Of a stretch of 64,000 nucleotides of DNA, positions 51,808-61,813 are shown one piece after another. Under the pieces are notes generated by a model. That model saw nothing but the letters and a program-made list of their open reading frames with translations, was not told the origin of the DNA and searched no databases. Made by a program: the position numbers and the translations under genes. This DNA is from Campylobacterales bacterium (GTDB lineage Bacteria > Campylobacterota > Campylobacteria > Campylobacterales > QNZT01), in assembly GCA_024278835.1 (NCBI GenBank), contig JAJRSK010000053.1:21658-85657 (forward strand), written 5' to 3'. Position 1 is the stretch's first letter, and each line of letters opens with the position of its first letter.

Positions 51808-53009
51808 TATTCATTCCTCAAGGTAGACAATACATCGATATCTGTCGCTTTTTTCGCAGGATAAAATGAAGAGAGCAGGACGATTATTATAGCACCCACA
51901 ACGATAGAGACGAAATCTCCAGAACTTAAATCTAATGGCAATTTTGAAGTACCGTAAACATCTGCTGGTAAAGTCACGATATCAAATCTTCCCAAGAGAT
52001 AAATTCCCGCTAATCCCAAAAAGATACCAAATGCTACCCCCGCAGCCCCTATTACAGAACCCAAGGTAAAAAAAGCATTTTTTATCTCTTTTTTTGTGGC
52101 TCCCAAAGAGAGTAACAGCGCAATTTCTCGTCTTCTATTCATCACCGTCATAAGAAGTGAAGAGATGATATTTAACGATGCCACCAAGATAATCAGCATC
52201 AAGACAATAAAAAGGGCATGCTTTTCCATCGCCATGGCAGCAAAAAGATTGCCATTTTGCTTCCACCAGCCAACTGCTGCGTAAGAAGATGGTAAAAACT
52301 GCGCTATCGCTTTGATATCTTCCATTGGTTTTGATGTAGAGATATGGATACCATCATAGGTTCCCTCTTTGATTTTAAGTACTTTAGAGAGTGCCTTGAT
52401 AGAGGTGTAGATGTACGCATTGTCATAAGCTTGCATACCAGATTTAAAGTCACCTTTATAGGTAAAACGCTTCATCGCAGGAATGAGCGAAAAGCCACCA
52501 GGTTGCGACTGGGTAAAAATCAAGGTTATTTTTTCACCTTTATTTAAAGCGTATGTTGCCCCGATACCATCACCTGTAATCATCTCAAACTTATCTGTCA
52601 TGATAAGTCCATCTGTTGCCTTTTTGATGATTTTATTGATAGCTGCCTCACTCTTAAAATCAACACCAAATATCATCGCTCCTTCCATCATCTTGCCCTT
52701 TTTGACAATGACTTGAGAATTGATATAAGGGCTATAGGTGTAATCGGGGAATTTTTTCTTTAAAGTATCCAACACATACTTATCCACAACCACATCCGCA
52801 CTTCTAGGCAAGATGGTGATAGGATAACTCATCGTAGAAATCTTCTCTTTAAACTCCTTACTGGTACCATTCATGATAGCCATCGCGATGATGAGTACCA
52901 TTAATCCGATAGAAACACCCAAAAAAGCAAGTATTGCTGAGATGGTGATAAAAGGCTGAGATTTATCAAACCTCAGATACTTTTTAACTAGATAAGGGAC
53001 TAAAGACAT
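51807..53009 (-). CDS. Lipoprotein-releasing ABC transporter permease (LolC/E/F-type)
   Basis: KYLRFDK.QPFI, AIMNG, VASLNIISSLLM.VM.RRREIALL, DVYG. Confidence 0.92.
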   Translation of the reverse strand: MSLVPYLVKKYLRFDKSQPFITISAILAFLGVSIGLMVLIIAMAIMNGTSKEFKEKISTMSYPITILPRSADVVVDKYVLDTLKKKFPDYTYSPYINSQVIVKKGKMMEGAMIFGVDFKSEAAINKIIKKATDGLIMTDKFEMITGDGIGATYALNKGEKITLIFTQSQPGGFSLIPAMKRFTYKGDFKSGMQAYDNAYIYTSIKALSKVLKIKEGTYDGIHISTSKPMEDIKAIAQFLPSSYAAVGWWKQNGNLFAAMAMEKHALFIVLMLIILVASLNIISSLLMTVMNRRREIALLLSLGATKKEIKNAFFTLGSVIGAAGVAFGIFLGLAGIYLLGRFDIVTLPADVYGTSKLPLDLSSGDFVSIVVGAIIIVLLSSFYPAKKATDIDVLSTLRNE

Positions 53010-53012
53010 AGA

Positions 53013-55643
53013 TTATTCAGCCAATAGCCCTTTTTTAGGACCACTCATACCACAGCAATTTTTATACTTTTTACCAGATCCACAAGGACATGGTTCATTT
53101 CTAGCAACCTTTTTCTCTATCACTGGTACTTCTTCTTCCAAATTCGTGGCACTTGGATGTTCTAAGACCATATCTTCTGTCGCTGAAGCTTCCATCTCTG
53201 CCATCATCTTTGCCAAAGCTTCTTCTCGCTCTTGCTCACTTCTATCTTCTCTAAGTTGGATGATATGCAAGGTTTTGATACTCTCTGCTTTAATTTTTTG
53301 AATCAAATCCATGAAAAGTTCATAAGACTCTTTTTTATATTCAGTGAGAGGATCTTTTTGATTATATCCACGTAGTCCGATACCCGTCTTTAAGATATCC
53401 ATTTGGTGGAGGTGCTCTCTCCAGGCATTGTCCACCACTTGTAGATAAACAATTCTCTCTATCTCTGAGCGTTGCTTCGCATCCACCGCTTGCATCTTCT
53501 CTTCATACTATGTCACTAAGATAGCCAAGACTTTTTCGTGAATTTTTTCAGCATCCAAGCCTTCAAACTCACTCACAGGGACTTCTATAAAAACTTCTTC
53601 TCTGATAATTGTCACCAATCTTTCTAAATCATATTCATCTTCAGGTAGCGCTTCTAAGATATCACAACGCCCCAGAATTTGCCAGACATAATCTTCTCTG
53701 TTTGATTTTACTTTGGTATCGATCTCGTATTCAGGTGTTAAAAGATCATTACGATAACTATACACCACTTTTCTCTGTTCATTAGCCACATCATCATACT
53801 CTAAGATATGTTTTCGTGACTCATAGTGAAGGTTTTCTACCTTTTTTTGTGCATTTTCAACGGCGCGTGTCACCATCTTTGACTCGATGTGCTCACCCTC
53901 TTCGATACCTAATCTCTCCATAATCCCTTTGATTTTATCTGAACCAAAGATACGAAGCAATCCATCTTCTAAAGAGAGGTAAAATTGGCTAGCTCCCGCG
54001 TCACCTTGACGACCTGAACGACCACGAAGTTGATTATCGATACGACGGGATTCATGTCTCTCAGTTCCTATGATATAGAGTCCGCCAAGTGCTTTAACCT
54101 CATCATTTATCTTGATATCGACACCACGACCCGCCATATTTGTAGCTACCGTTACCGCACCCTTGACACCAGCATTTTCGATGATTTTTGCCTCTTGTTC
54201 ATGCTGTTTTGCATTCAAAACTGAGTGAGGTACTTTCTCTTTTTTCATCAACTCATGCAAGAGTTCACTTTTTTCGATAGAAGCTGTTCCTACGAGGACT
54301 GGTTGCCCTGTTTTTTGTAACTCTTTGATTTTGGCAATTACCGCTTCAAATTTCTCTCTTTCACTTTTGTAGATAAGATCATTCTTATCATCTCTGGTGA
54401 TAGGAAGGTTTGTAGGAATAGAGATAACATCCAAGTTATAAATCTGTGCAAACTCTGTCGCCTCAGTTTGCGCTGTACCCGTCATACCCGCTAGTTTTTC
54501 ATACATTCTAAAGTAGTTTTGAAAGGTGATATCGGCAAGTGTTTGAGACTCTTCTTGGACAACAACACCCTCCTTTGCTTCTAATGCTTGATGTAAACCT
54601 TCAGAAAATCTTCTCCCTTCAGAGAGTCTTCCTGTAAATTCATCGATGATAATCACTTCACCATCTTTTACCACATAGTCTACATCTTTATGAAAGATAT
54701 AATTTGCTTTTAATGCTTGATCTATATGGTGCGAAAGAACGGCATTCTCCAAGCTATAAAGGTTATCAACATCAAAACCTTTTTCTGCTTTGTCTACACC
54801 ATTTTCAGTGAGGATAACGCTTTTATTTTTCTCATCTACGACAAAGTCACCACTATCTTGTTTCACTTCACCTTTTTCATCTTTCTGGGTAGCTTGTGTC
54901 AGAGTAAGTGCTATCTCATTTGCTTTAACATAGTTCTCTAAACCCTTGTTGGTAGGTCCTGAGATAATCAGTGGTGTTCTCGCTTCATCGATGAGGATAG
55001 AATCCACTTCATCCACGATAACAAAGTGATGTTCTCGTTGCGCTTTTTCCTCTTGTGCATATTTCATATTGTCTCTGAGATAATCAAATCCAAACTCATT
55101 GTTCGTACCATAGGTGATATCTGCTGCATACTGTGCTTTTCGTGCAAAATCATCGTGGATATCATTGGTAATAACCCCAACGCTATAACCTAAAAAGTTA
55201 TAAATCACACCCATCTCTTCTGCATCACGAGAAGCGAGATAGTCATTGACGGTGACTAAGTGTACACCCTTGCCTGTCATGGCGTTAAGGATGATAGGAA
55301 GTGTGGCAACGAGGGTTTTACCTTCACCCGTTTTCATCTCTGCTATTTTACCTTCGTGTAGGACTAGCCCTCCCACCATCTGTACATCATGATGACGCAT
55401 ACCAGTCACGCGTTTACTGGCTTCTCTCGTGATAGCGAAAGAGTCATTGAGTACTTCATCCAATGTTCTTAACTCTTTTTGTACCTCTTCTTTAAGGATA
55501 TTAAATGCTTGTTTAAGGGCTTCATCATCCATTCCCTCATATTTTGCTTCTAGCGCATTGATTTGCTCTACTCTCTTAAGATATGCCTTGACTATCTTGT
55601 CATTTTTGGTACCGAAAATTTTACCCGCGATGGTAGCAATCAT
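53013..55643 (-). CDS. secA: Preprotein translocase SecA, interrupted by one in-frame TAG at 53508-53510
   Basis: [46 protein letters not shown] in the first part. The frame continues after TAG (YEEKMQ...WREHL...DPLTEYKKE...[17 protein letters not shown]). Confidence 0.95.
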
Positions 55644-55753
55644 CAACCAGATCCTTCATGTATATAGATTTTGCTCATTTTAACAAATATTTAATTTTGA
55701 TTTGCTAAAGTATGATATAGTTACAACTAATAGAGAAACATCAAGGAATATAA

Positions 55754-56281
55754 ATGCCCATCAAACTGTTCGTGCTATCGAGTCTACTGGCAACAAGCAC
55801 AATCTTTGCCAATAATTTAAATATCCAAACTTTAGAATCAAATTTCAAACAGAGTATCACCAATGATCAAAATGCAAAGATAGTCTACACCGGCAAAATG
55901 TATGCCACACAAGCTAAGAATCAAGCCCTTTGGGAGTATAATGCCCCCATTGTTAAAAAGATTTATTATACAGGTGGAAAGCTAGTCATCATTGAACCTG
56001 AGTTGGAACAAGTTATTTATGCTAAGTTAGATAAAGTACCCAATGTTTTAAAATTGATAAAATCCGCAAAAAAAGTAGCAGAGGATACATTACAAACACG
56101 TTTTAACTCTATCACCTACAATATCCTGATAGAAGGCAATAAAATAATTAATATCACCTACATCGATGAGATGCAAAACTCTGTTGCTATCGAGTTTAGT
56201 GATGAAAAAGTGAATAAATTTTTTAATGATAGTGTGTTTGCTTACACAATCCCAGCGGATTATGATATTTTAGAGCAGTAG
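55754..56281 (+). CDS. lolA: Outer-membrane lipoprotein chaperone LolA
   Basis: Signal peptide, FKQSITN, ALWEYNAP, IIEPELEQV; divergent from secA. Confidence 0.85.
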   Translation: MPIKLFVLSSLLATSTIFANNLNIQTLESNFKQSITNDQNAKIVYTGKMYATQAKNQALWEYNAPIVKKIYYTGGKLVIIEPELEQVIYAKLDKVPNVLKLIKSAKKVAEDTLQTRFNSITYNILIEGNKIINITYIDEMQNSVAIEFSDEKVNKFFNDSVFAYTIPADYDILEQ

Positions 56282-56291
56282 ATAACGCTTC

Positions 56292-56322
56292 TATCATGAT
56301 AGGCTACACACCTATCATGATA
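56292..56322. terminator. Hairpin built from two copies of the iterated palindrome
   Basis: TATCATGATAGG-ctacaca-CCTATCATGATA between convergent lolA and the YcbK-like gene. Confidence 0.65.
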
Positions 56323-56330
56323 AGACTATT

Positions 56331-56909
56331 TTAACCTCTTCTCCAAGTTCTTACAGGACCCACATCGACATGAAGAAAGTGTGATGTAGGATAGTAACCA
56401 ACCCCTCCTCGCTTAAGACCTAACGCCACATCTCTTAATTTTCTCAACGAAACATTTGGTACGTAGATATCTACCGCCTGTCCTTTGATATGATAAGAGT
56501 TTTTAGCCACACCTTCGTGTGTTTTTCTCAATTGTGCATTGGTATGTGCAGAGCGATACCCTGAAACGATATTAAACTGTTTATCATATCCTAGATGTTG
56601 CTTAATCTCATACAGTAAGTTCACAAGCTTAACATCAATACGTGTCATCTCTTTGGCACGGTAGTCGATAAATGCCTTATTGACTTCAAAAAGTCCAGAA
56701 AGTTTGTAGTAGTTTTTTTCAAAGAATGGTGCATAAAATGTTTTATTTAGATGTACGTTATGGAGTTTCAGTACCTTCTTTTCTCCCACTGCCGCTAAGA
56801 TCTCACTTTGAGTCATCATAGCAGCACCCGTAATAATCGCCGACTTTTTTAAGAAATTTCGTCTAGAAATCCCTACAGTTTGCGCTTTTTCAACAATATT
56901 CAAATCCAA
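56331..56909 (-). CDS. YcbK/DUF882 Tat-exported M15 peptidase
   Basis: SRRNFLK Tat motif; SGYRS..TN, SYHIKGQAVD, GGVGYYP..HFLHVDVGPVRTW. Confidence 0.9.
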   Translation of the reverse strand: MDLNIVEKAQTVGISRRNFLKKSAIITGAAMMTQSEILAAVGEKKVLKLHNVHLNKTFYAPFFEKNYYKLSGLFEVNKAFIDYRAKEMTRIDVKLVNLLYEIKQHLGYDKQFNIVSGYRSAHTNAQLRKTHEGVAKNSYHIKGQAVDIYVPNVSLRKLRDVALGLKRGGVGYYPTSHFLHVDVGPVRTWRRG

Positions 56910-56996
56910 ATTGACTCTCCTTAATTATTTTCAATGGCAAAATTATACCTAAAGAAAGTAAACAAAAAAAGCGATAAGTAAACTAGAACTATACTT

Positions 56997-58808
56997 TTAG
57001 TTTTCTAAGAGTTTATATTGGATTTTATCATAGCCATAGATATCCCCTCTGAAATTCACCCCGCCATCTCTATCGGCCCAAGCGGTGTAGTAGCGTATAT
57101 AAACAGGAATGCCATAATCCAAAGAGAGTGATTGACTTTTGCCACTTTTTAGCATTCGCTGCACACTCTCATAAGGGGTTTGTGTATAGTTATCACTCAT
57201 ATACTCAAGCAGGGCTTGCGGTTTATGTAAACGGATACATCCATGACTATAGGCACGCTTTGAGTTTTTAAAAAGTGCTTTTTGTGGCGTATCATGCATA
57301 TAAACAGCATACTTGTTGGGAAACATAAACTTGACATTTCCTAGAGGATTTCCCTTTCCAGCTTGTCTAACAAATGTGTAAGGGAGATGACTATTTTCAT
57401 CATACTGCCACCAATCTATATCAAAACCATCTATCTCTTCTTTTTTATTTTTACTCATCCATTTATAGAGTTTAAATTGACGCGTGGCTAAATAGTCAGG
57501 ATCTTCTTGGATGCGAGGTAGCATCTCTTTTTTGACGATTGAGCTAGGGACTGCCCATGTAGGATTTAAGACCATATAAGAAAAGGTAGAAGTAAATATC
57601 GGTGTTGGATTTTTCTTTTTTCCCACCACGACACGCATCTCTATCTCAGTAAGTCCATCTTTTACAAAGCGCATCTTAAAGTCTGGGATATTGATATAGA
57701 CATAGGCAGAACCAAATGTTTTGCTTTCCCAACGCATTCTTTCTAAATTGAGTTTAATTTTTTTGAGCCGTTTTTCTACAGAGACATTGAGTGCATTGCG
57801 GGTGATATCTGTTAACACCCCTGAAGGCCAGATAGCCATACGCCTTTGATAATGCTTCAATGCATCCTTCATCTCTTGTGTTAGCACCGTGATATCTGGG
57901 TCAAAATAATTTAAATCTCCAGTCAAGTAAAGTCTCTCAGCCATAAGAGGAACTCTTTTTTTAGAAATATTTCCTAACCTTAACTGCTTGCCTCTAGGAA
58001 TCTTTTTCCAACCACCTTGTATAGCTATATTTTTATAAAGTTTATAGGCCTCTTTCATTTGAAAGTAAAGTTTATTGGATGTTGAAAGCCCCAATAACTC
58101 TCTTTCAAGATTTCCACTTTCACTTACCCTTTCTAGAAAAGCGATATAATTCATATCTCGTGATGGATTTTCCCAATTATAGTTGATTTCTTCTTTTTCT
58201 GATTTTGCTCTTAAAATATTATTAAATTTTCTATAGTCAAGTTCACCTTCTCTTAAATCTTTTGCCATCGTCAAAAATGCATCACTCAAGAGCACGTCCA
58301 CCTGTGCAACAGCGACATTTCTGTCCCTATGTGAAAGGTCTACATCATTTTTAAGATCATCCAGTATCCCTACAATCGAAGATAAATGGTACTTACTCTG
58401 CTCTAGCCCTTCCTCACCTGACTTTTCTATCGCATCAACCATTTCAAACAAATTTGCACTGATATCAAAATCTGAAGTAATCCAAAATGTGTTGTAATGG
58501 CGTTTTGCATAAAGTTCTTTAACAGCTCTTGCCTCTTTTAAGTCAGCAGGTGCATATTTACCATATTCTAAGCCATTTAAAATCCCTTTGAGATAAGATC
58601 TTTTACTCTCAACTTTTTCATGCATGGCTCCCAAGCCATTCACCCACGTCGCTGGCTTATTATCCACCGCTTCGGTAGGCTCTTTGACGATATATTCTGA
58701 CTGAATATCACGCATATCATCTAAGGGTATAGACTCTACGATTTCAAGTTCTGCATCTGCAAAAAGTGTCACCGTCATTAAAAGTGTAGAAAAAAGAATA
58801 TTTTTCAT
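56997..58808 (-). CDS. L,D-transpeptidase (YcbB/LdtD-like)
   Basis: NLERMRW, INIPDF, VVVGKKKNPTP, LGNVKFMFPN, YMHDTP, SHGCIRL; alternative start at 58820. Confidence 0.92.
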   Translation of the reverse strand: MKNILFSTLLMTVTLFADAELEIVESIPLDDMRDIQSEYIVKEPTEAVDNKPATWVNGLGAMHEKVESKRSYLKGILNGLEYGKYAPADLKEARAVKELYAKRHYNTFWITSDFDISANLFEMVDAIEKSGEEGLEQSKYHLSSIVGILDDLKNDVDLSHRDRNVAVAQVDVLLSDAFLTMAKDLREGELDYRKFNNILRAKSEKEEINYNWENPSRDMNYIAFLERVSESGNLERELLGLSTSNKLYFQMKEAYKLYKNIAIQGGWKKIPRGKQLRLGNISKKRVPLMAERLYLTGDLNYFDPDITVLTQEMKDALKHYQRRMAIWPSGVLTDITRNALNVSVEKRLKKIKLNLERMRWESKTFGSAYVYINIPDFKMRFVKDGLTEIEMRVVVGKKKNPTPIFTSTFSYMVLNPTWAVPSSIVKKEMLPRIQEDPDYLATRQFKLYKWMSKNKKEEIDGFDIDWWQYDENSHLPYTFVRQAGKGNPLGNVKFMFPNKYAVYMHDTPQKALFKNSKRAYSHGCIRLHKPQALLEYMSDNYTQTPYESVQRMLKSGKSQSLSLDYGIPVYIRYYTAWADRDGGVNFRGDIYGYDKIQYKLLEN

Positions 58809-58888
58809 TTTTGCCTTCATTATTTAAATATATTTTTATAAGTTTCACATAATATTCTTTTAAGATTAATATGTGCTGAAAATAACGC

Positions 58889-59755
58889 TTATTCTTGACA
58901 TTTTTGTAGTGCAAGCCCCTCTCTAAGCCCATCATCTATCACAAGCATCTCACTAAATCCAGCCTCTATCATGATAGCTTTGACCATGAGTACCCCCGCC
59001 ACAATCAAATCGTCACGCCCAACACCCACCCAGCGTTCACGCTCTTTTTTCTCCATAGCAAGCAATCTTTCAAGTGCCTCATCCAAATCATCCAAACCAA
59101 GATGGCTACCATTGACCTTCTTTACATCATAGTGGGCATAATCCAGGCCCATGTTAAATGCAGCGATAGTCGTCGGTGTACCCGCAGTAGCTACAAATAT
59201 CTTAGGCTTTTGCAAGCTGTTGATAAAGTGACTTATCGGATGCACAATGCAATCTATATTTTCCCTCACCCCCTGCGCAGAACCGTACTTTTGCGCCACT
59301 GTCACGATACCGACATCAAAGCTTTTTGACCTATCCCCTATCGTAATCTCCGTAGAACCCCCACCCAAATCCATCAACATATAACTATCATGATAGCCCA
59401 ACTTTTCCAAGCGCCACGACACCGCCAAAGCAGTCAATCTTGCCTCTTGCTTTGCCTCTATCATGATAAAGCGAAGTCCGGTTTTTGCTTCAATAGCTCT
59501 TAAAATCTCTTTGCCATTACTTGCCATACGCACCGCCGCAGTAGTGACCGCATGGGCTTTGGATAAATCAAATAACCCTTTTGCTTCCAAAATAGCATCA
59601 ATGATTCTCTCCAAAGCTTCTTTACTTATCCGCCCACTCTCATGCAAACCATCCGCTGTCTTTACCATGCGCTCAAACTCCTTTATGCGATCTCCGCTTT
59701 CGCAATCCAATTCAACAATTCGTAAGGTATTTGAGCCTAAATCACAAGCTATCAT
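58889..59755 (-). CDS. Ppx/GppA-family phosphatase
   Basis: CDLGSNTLR, TTAAVR, EA, DLGGGSTE, GLREGL. Confidence 0.9.
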   Translation of the reverse strand: MIACDLGSNTLRIVELDCESGDRIKEFERMVKTADGLHESGRISKEALERIIDAILEAKGLFDLSKAHAVTTAAVRMASNGKEILRAIEAKTGLRFIMIEAKQEARLTALAVSWRLEKLGYHDSYMLMDLGGGSTEITIGDRSKSFDVGIVTVAQKYGSAQGVRENIDCIVHPISHFINSLQKPKIFVATAGTPTTIAAFNMGLDYAHYDVKKVNGSHLGLDDLDEALERLLAMEKKERERWVGVGRDDLIVAGVLMVKAIMIEAGFSEMLVIDDGLREGLALQKCQE

Positions 59756-59793
59756 GATAGAATATCTCCAACAATTTTTTAAAGGATAACACA

Positions 59794-60573
59794 ATGCTAC
59801 TTGGAGTCAATATAGACCATATCGCTGTCTTAAGAGAAGCAAGAAAGATAAATGATCCAGATCCACTCGATGCCATCGCCTTAGCAGTGCGTGCAGGTGC
59901 TGACCAGATAACGATACACCTGCGAGAAGATAGACGACATATCAATGATGATGACGCACGCCGTATCATCGCACACTCACCAGTACCAGTCAACTTGGAA
60001 TGCTCTGTCAATCCTGATATCGTTGAGATAGTGGCAGAACTCAAACCTCATCGCGCCACATTTGTACCTGAGAATAGAGAAGAAGTCACTACAGAGGGCG
60101 GATTGAACTTTGAAACACAGTATGCCAATCTGGATAAAGCAGTCCATTATCTCAAAGCCAGAGAAATTGAAACTTCTTTTTTTATCGACCCCACCAAAGA
60201 GGCTATCAAAGCAGCCAAGGGAATTGGTGTAGCGTGGGTAGAACTGCATACTGGTGCTTACGCCAATATCTATGCGATGTTATACTCAAACCTCAAAAAC
60301 ACACCCCATTGTATAAAGGAGCTCGATGTAGAGCGTAGCAAACTAAGCAAGATGTTAAAAGCCTCTTTAGAAGCACTAGAAATTGCGGCAGATGAAGGAG
60401 AAGAGTATGGACTCAAAGTCGCCGCGGGGCATGGCCTCAACTACCAAAATGTCAAAGCTATTTGTGCGCTGCAAAATATCGTAGAACTAAACATCGGACA
60501 GAGTATCATCGCAAGATCAGTTTTTTCAGGTTTTGAAGAGGCTGTAAAAGAGATGAGAGCCCGACTACAATGA
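59794..60573 (+). CDS. pdxJ: Pyridoxine 5'-phosphate synthase
   Basis: LGVNIDHIAVLREAR, HLREDRRHI, ELHTG, AGHGLNY, ELNIGQSII. Confidence 0.97.
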   Translation: MLLGVNIDHIAVLREARKINDPDPLDAIALAVRAGADQITIHLREDRRHINDDDARRIIAHSPVPVNLECSVNPDIVEIVAELKPHRATFVPENREEVTTEGGLNFETQYANLDKAVHYLKAREIETSFFIDPTKEAIKAAKGIGVAWVELHTGAYANIYAMLYSNLKNTPHCIKELDVERSKLSKMLKASLEALEIAADEGEEYGLKVAAGHGLNYQNVKAICALQNIVELNIGQSIIARSVFSGFEEAVKEMRARLQ

Positions 60574-61502
60574 AGCTAGCAATCTCTATTGGTGACTTGA
60601 ATGGTATCGGCATCGAAATCGCACTTACATCTCATGAAGAGATAAAAAAACTCTGCCATCCCCTCTATATCATCAACGATGCCATGTTAGAGCAAGCTAG
60701 CACTCTTTTAGGCTTGCCCATCCCTAAGGATTTTGAAACATATAGCGCAGGGGAAGATTTCACCATCACCCCCAGCCAAGCAACAAAAGAGAGCGGACAA
60801 TACGCTTATGACTCTTTTCTCACCGCCATCGCCCTTTGTCAACAAAACATCACCCAAGGTATCGTCACCCTCCCCATCAACAAAGAAGCATGGGACAAAG
60901 CAGGCGTGGAATACAAAGGGCATACCGATATGCTGGCAGATGTCTTTTCCAAAGAGGCTATCATGATGATTGGCTGTGAAAAGTTATTTGTTGCACTCTT
61001 TACCCACCATATCCCACTCAAAGAGGTACCAAACAACATAAAATCCCAGCCCTTAAAACACTTTATGACTTCTCTCTATCATGAAATAAAAGAAGAAAAG
61101 ATAGGTGTGCTTGGACTCAATCCTCATGCGGGGGACAATGGCGTTATCGGAGATGAGGAAAAAGAGATTAAAAAAGCTATCAAAGAAGCCAATGAAGAGT
61201 TGATGGATGATATCTTTGTAGGACCACTAGTGCCAGATACTGCCTTCACCCCAGCGATGCGAAAAAAGATAAAATACTTTGTCTGCATGTACCATGACCA
61301 AGGACTCATTCCCACTAAAGCCCTCTACTTTGATGAGGGCATCAATGTCTCACTGAACCTTCCTATCATCAGAACTTCCGTAGACCATGGCACGGCATAT
61401 GACAAGGCGTATCATGATAGTAATCCTTCAATACTTTCTTATCTCAATGCTATAAAAGAGGCGGTAAGACTAGGCATAAAAAGAAAAAAGTTTAAGATTT
61501 AG
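60570..61502 (+). CDS. pdxA: 4-hydroxythreonine-4-phosphate dehydrogenase
   Basis: GDLNGIG.EI, GHTD, GLNPHAGD, MYHDQGLIP, RTSVDHGTA. Confidence 0.96.
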   Translation: MKLAISIGDLNGIGIEIALTSHEEIKKLCHPLYIINDAMLEQASTLLGLPIPKDFETYSAGEDFTITPSQATKESGQYAYDSFLTAIALCQQNITQGIVTLPINKEAWDKAGVEYKGHTDMLADVFSKEAIMMIGCEKLFVALFTHHIPLKEVPNNIKSQPLKHFMTSLYHEIKEEKIGVLGLNPHAGDNGVIGDEEKEIKKAIKEANEELMDDIFVGPLVPDTAFTPAMRKKIKYFVCMYHDQGLIPTKALYFDEGINVSLNLPIIRTSVDHGTAYDKAYHDSNPSILSYLNAIKEAVRLGIKRKKFKI

Positions 61503-61504
61503 TA

Positions 61505-61813
61505 TTATGCCTGAGTAAGTGCGAAGGAGTGGATATCAAACACTTCTTTAAGATTTAAATCCTCTAAAAGCTCTACCAATCTTTCATCGTGGATTTTCAT
61601 CGTCAATTTTACTTGCTCTTGCTGTACCAACTTTAGTAGATATCCTATCATAGCAGAAGGCATGGCAAACGAATCGACTATCTCTATCGTAAAGGTATCC
61701 CCACTCACTAAGTTATAGGCATCTATGGTTGATTTTAGTTCGCTAACATCAGCCATACTTCTTATATTTCCTGCTACTTTGATAGACTTTGATAATTTAT
61801 GAATATTTTCCAT
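61505..61813 (-). CDS. STAS-like (anti-anti-sigma-like) small protein
   Basis: DSFAMPSAMIGYLLKL...LVELLEDLNLKEVF has STAS-like spacing; follows the SpoIIE/HATPase gene. Confidence 0.55.
   Translation of the reverse strand: MENIHKLSKSIKVAGNIRSMADVSELKSTIDAYNLVSGDTFTIEIVDSFAMPSAMIGYLLKLVQQEQVKLTMKIHDERLVELLEDLNLKEVFDIHSFALTQA

Noticed and set aside
53508-53510. Genome-wide TAG recoding or pyrrolysine
   Set aside because: TAG ends many full-length genes here (e.g. acs, hemW, dinB, lolA), only secA is interrupted, and no pyl genes are present in the window
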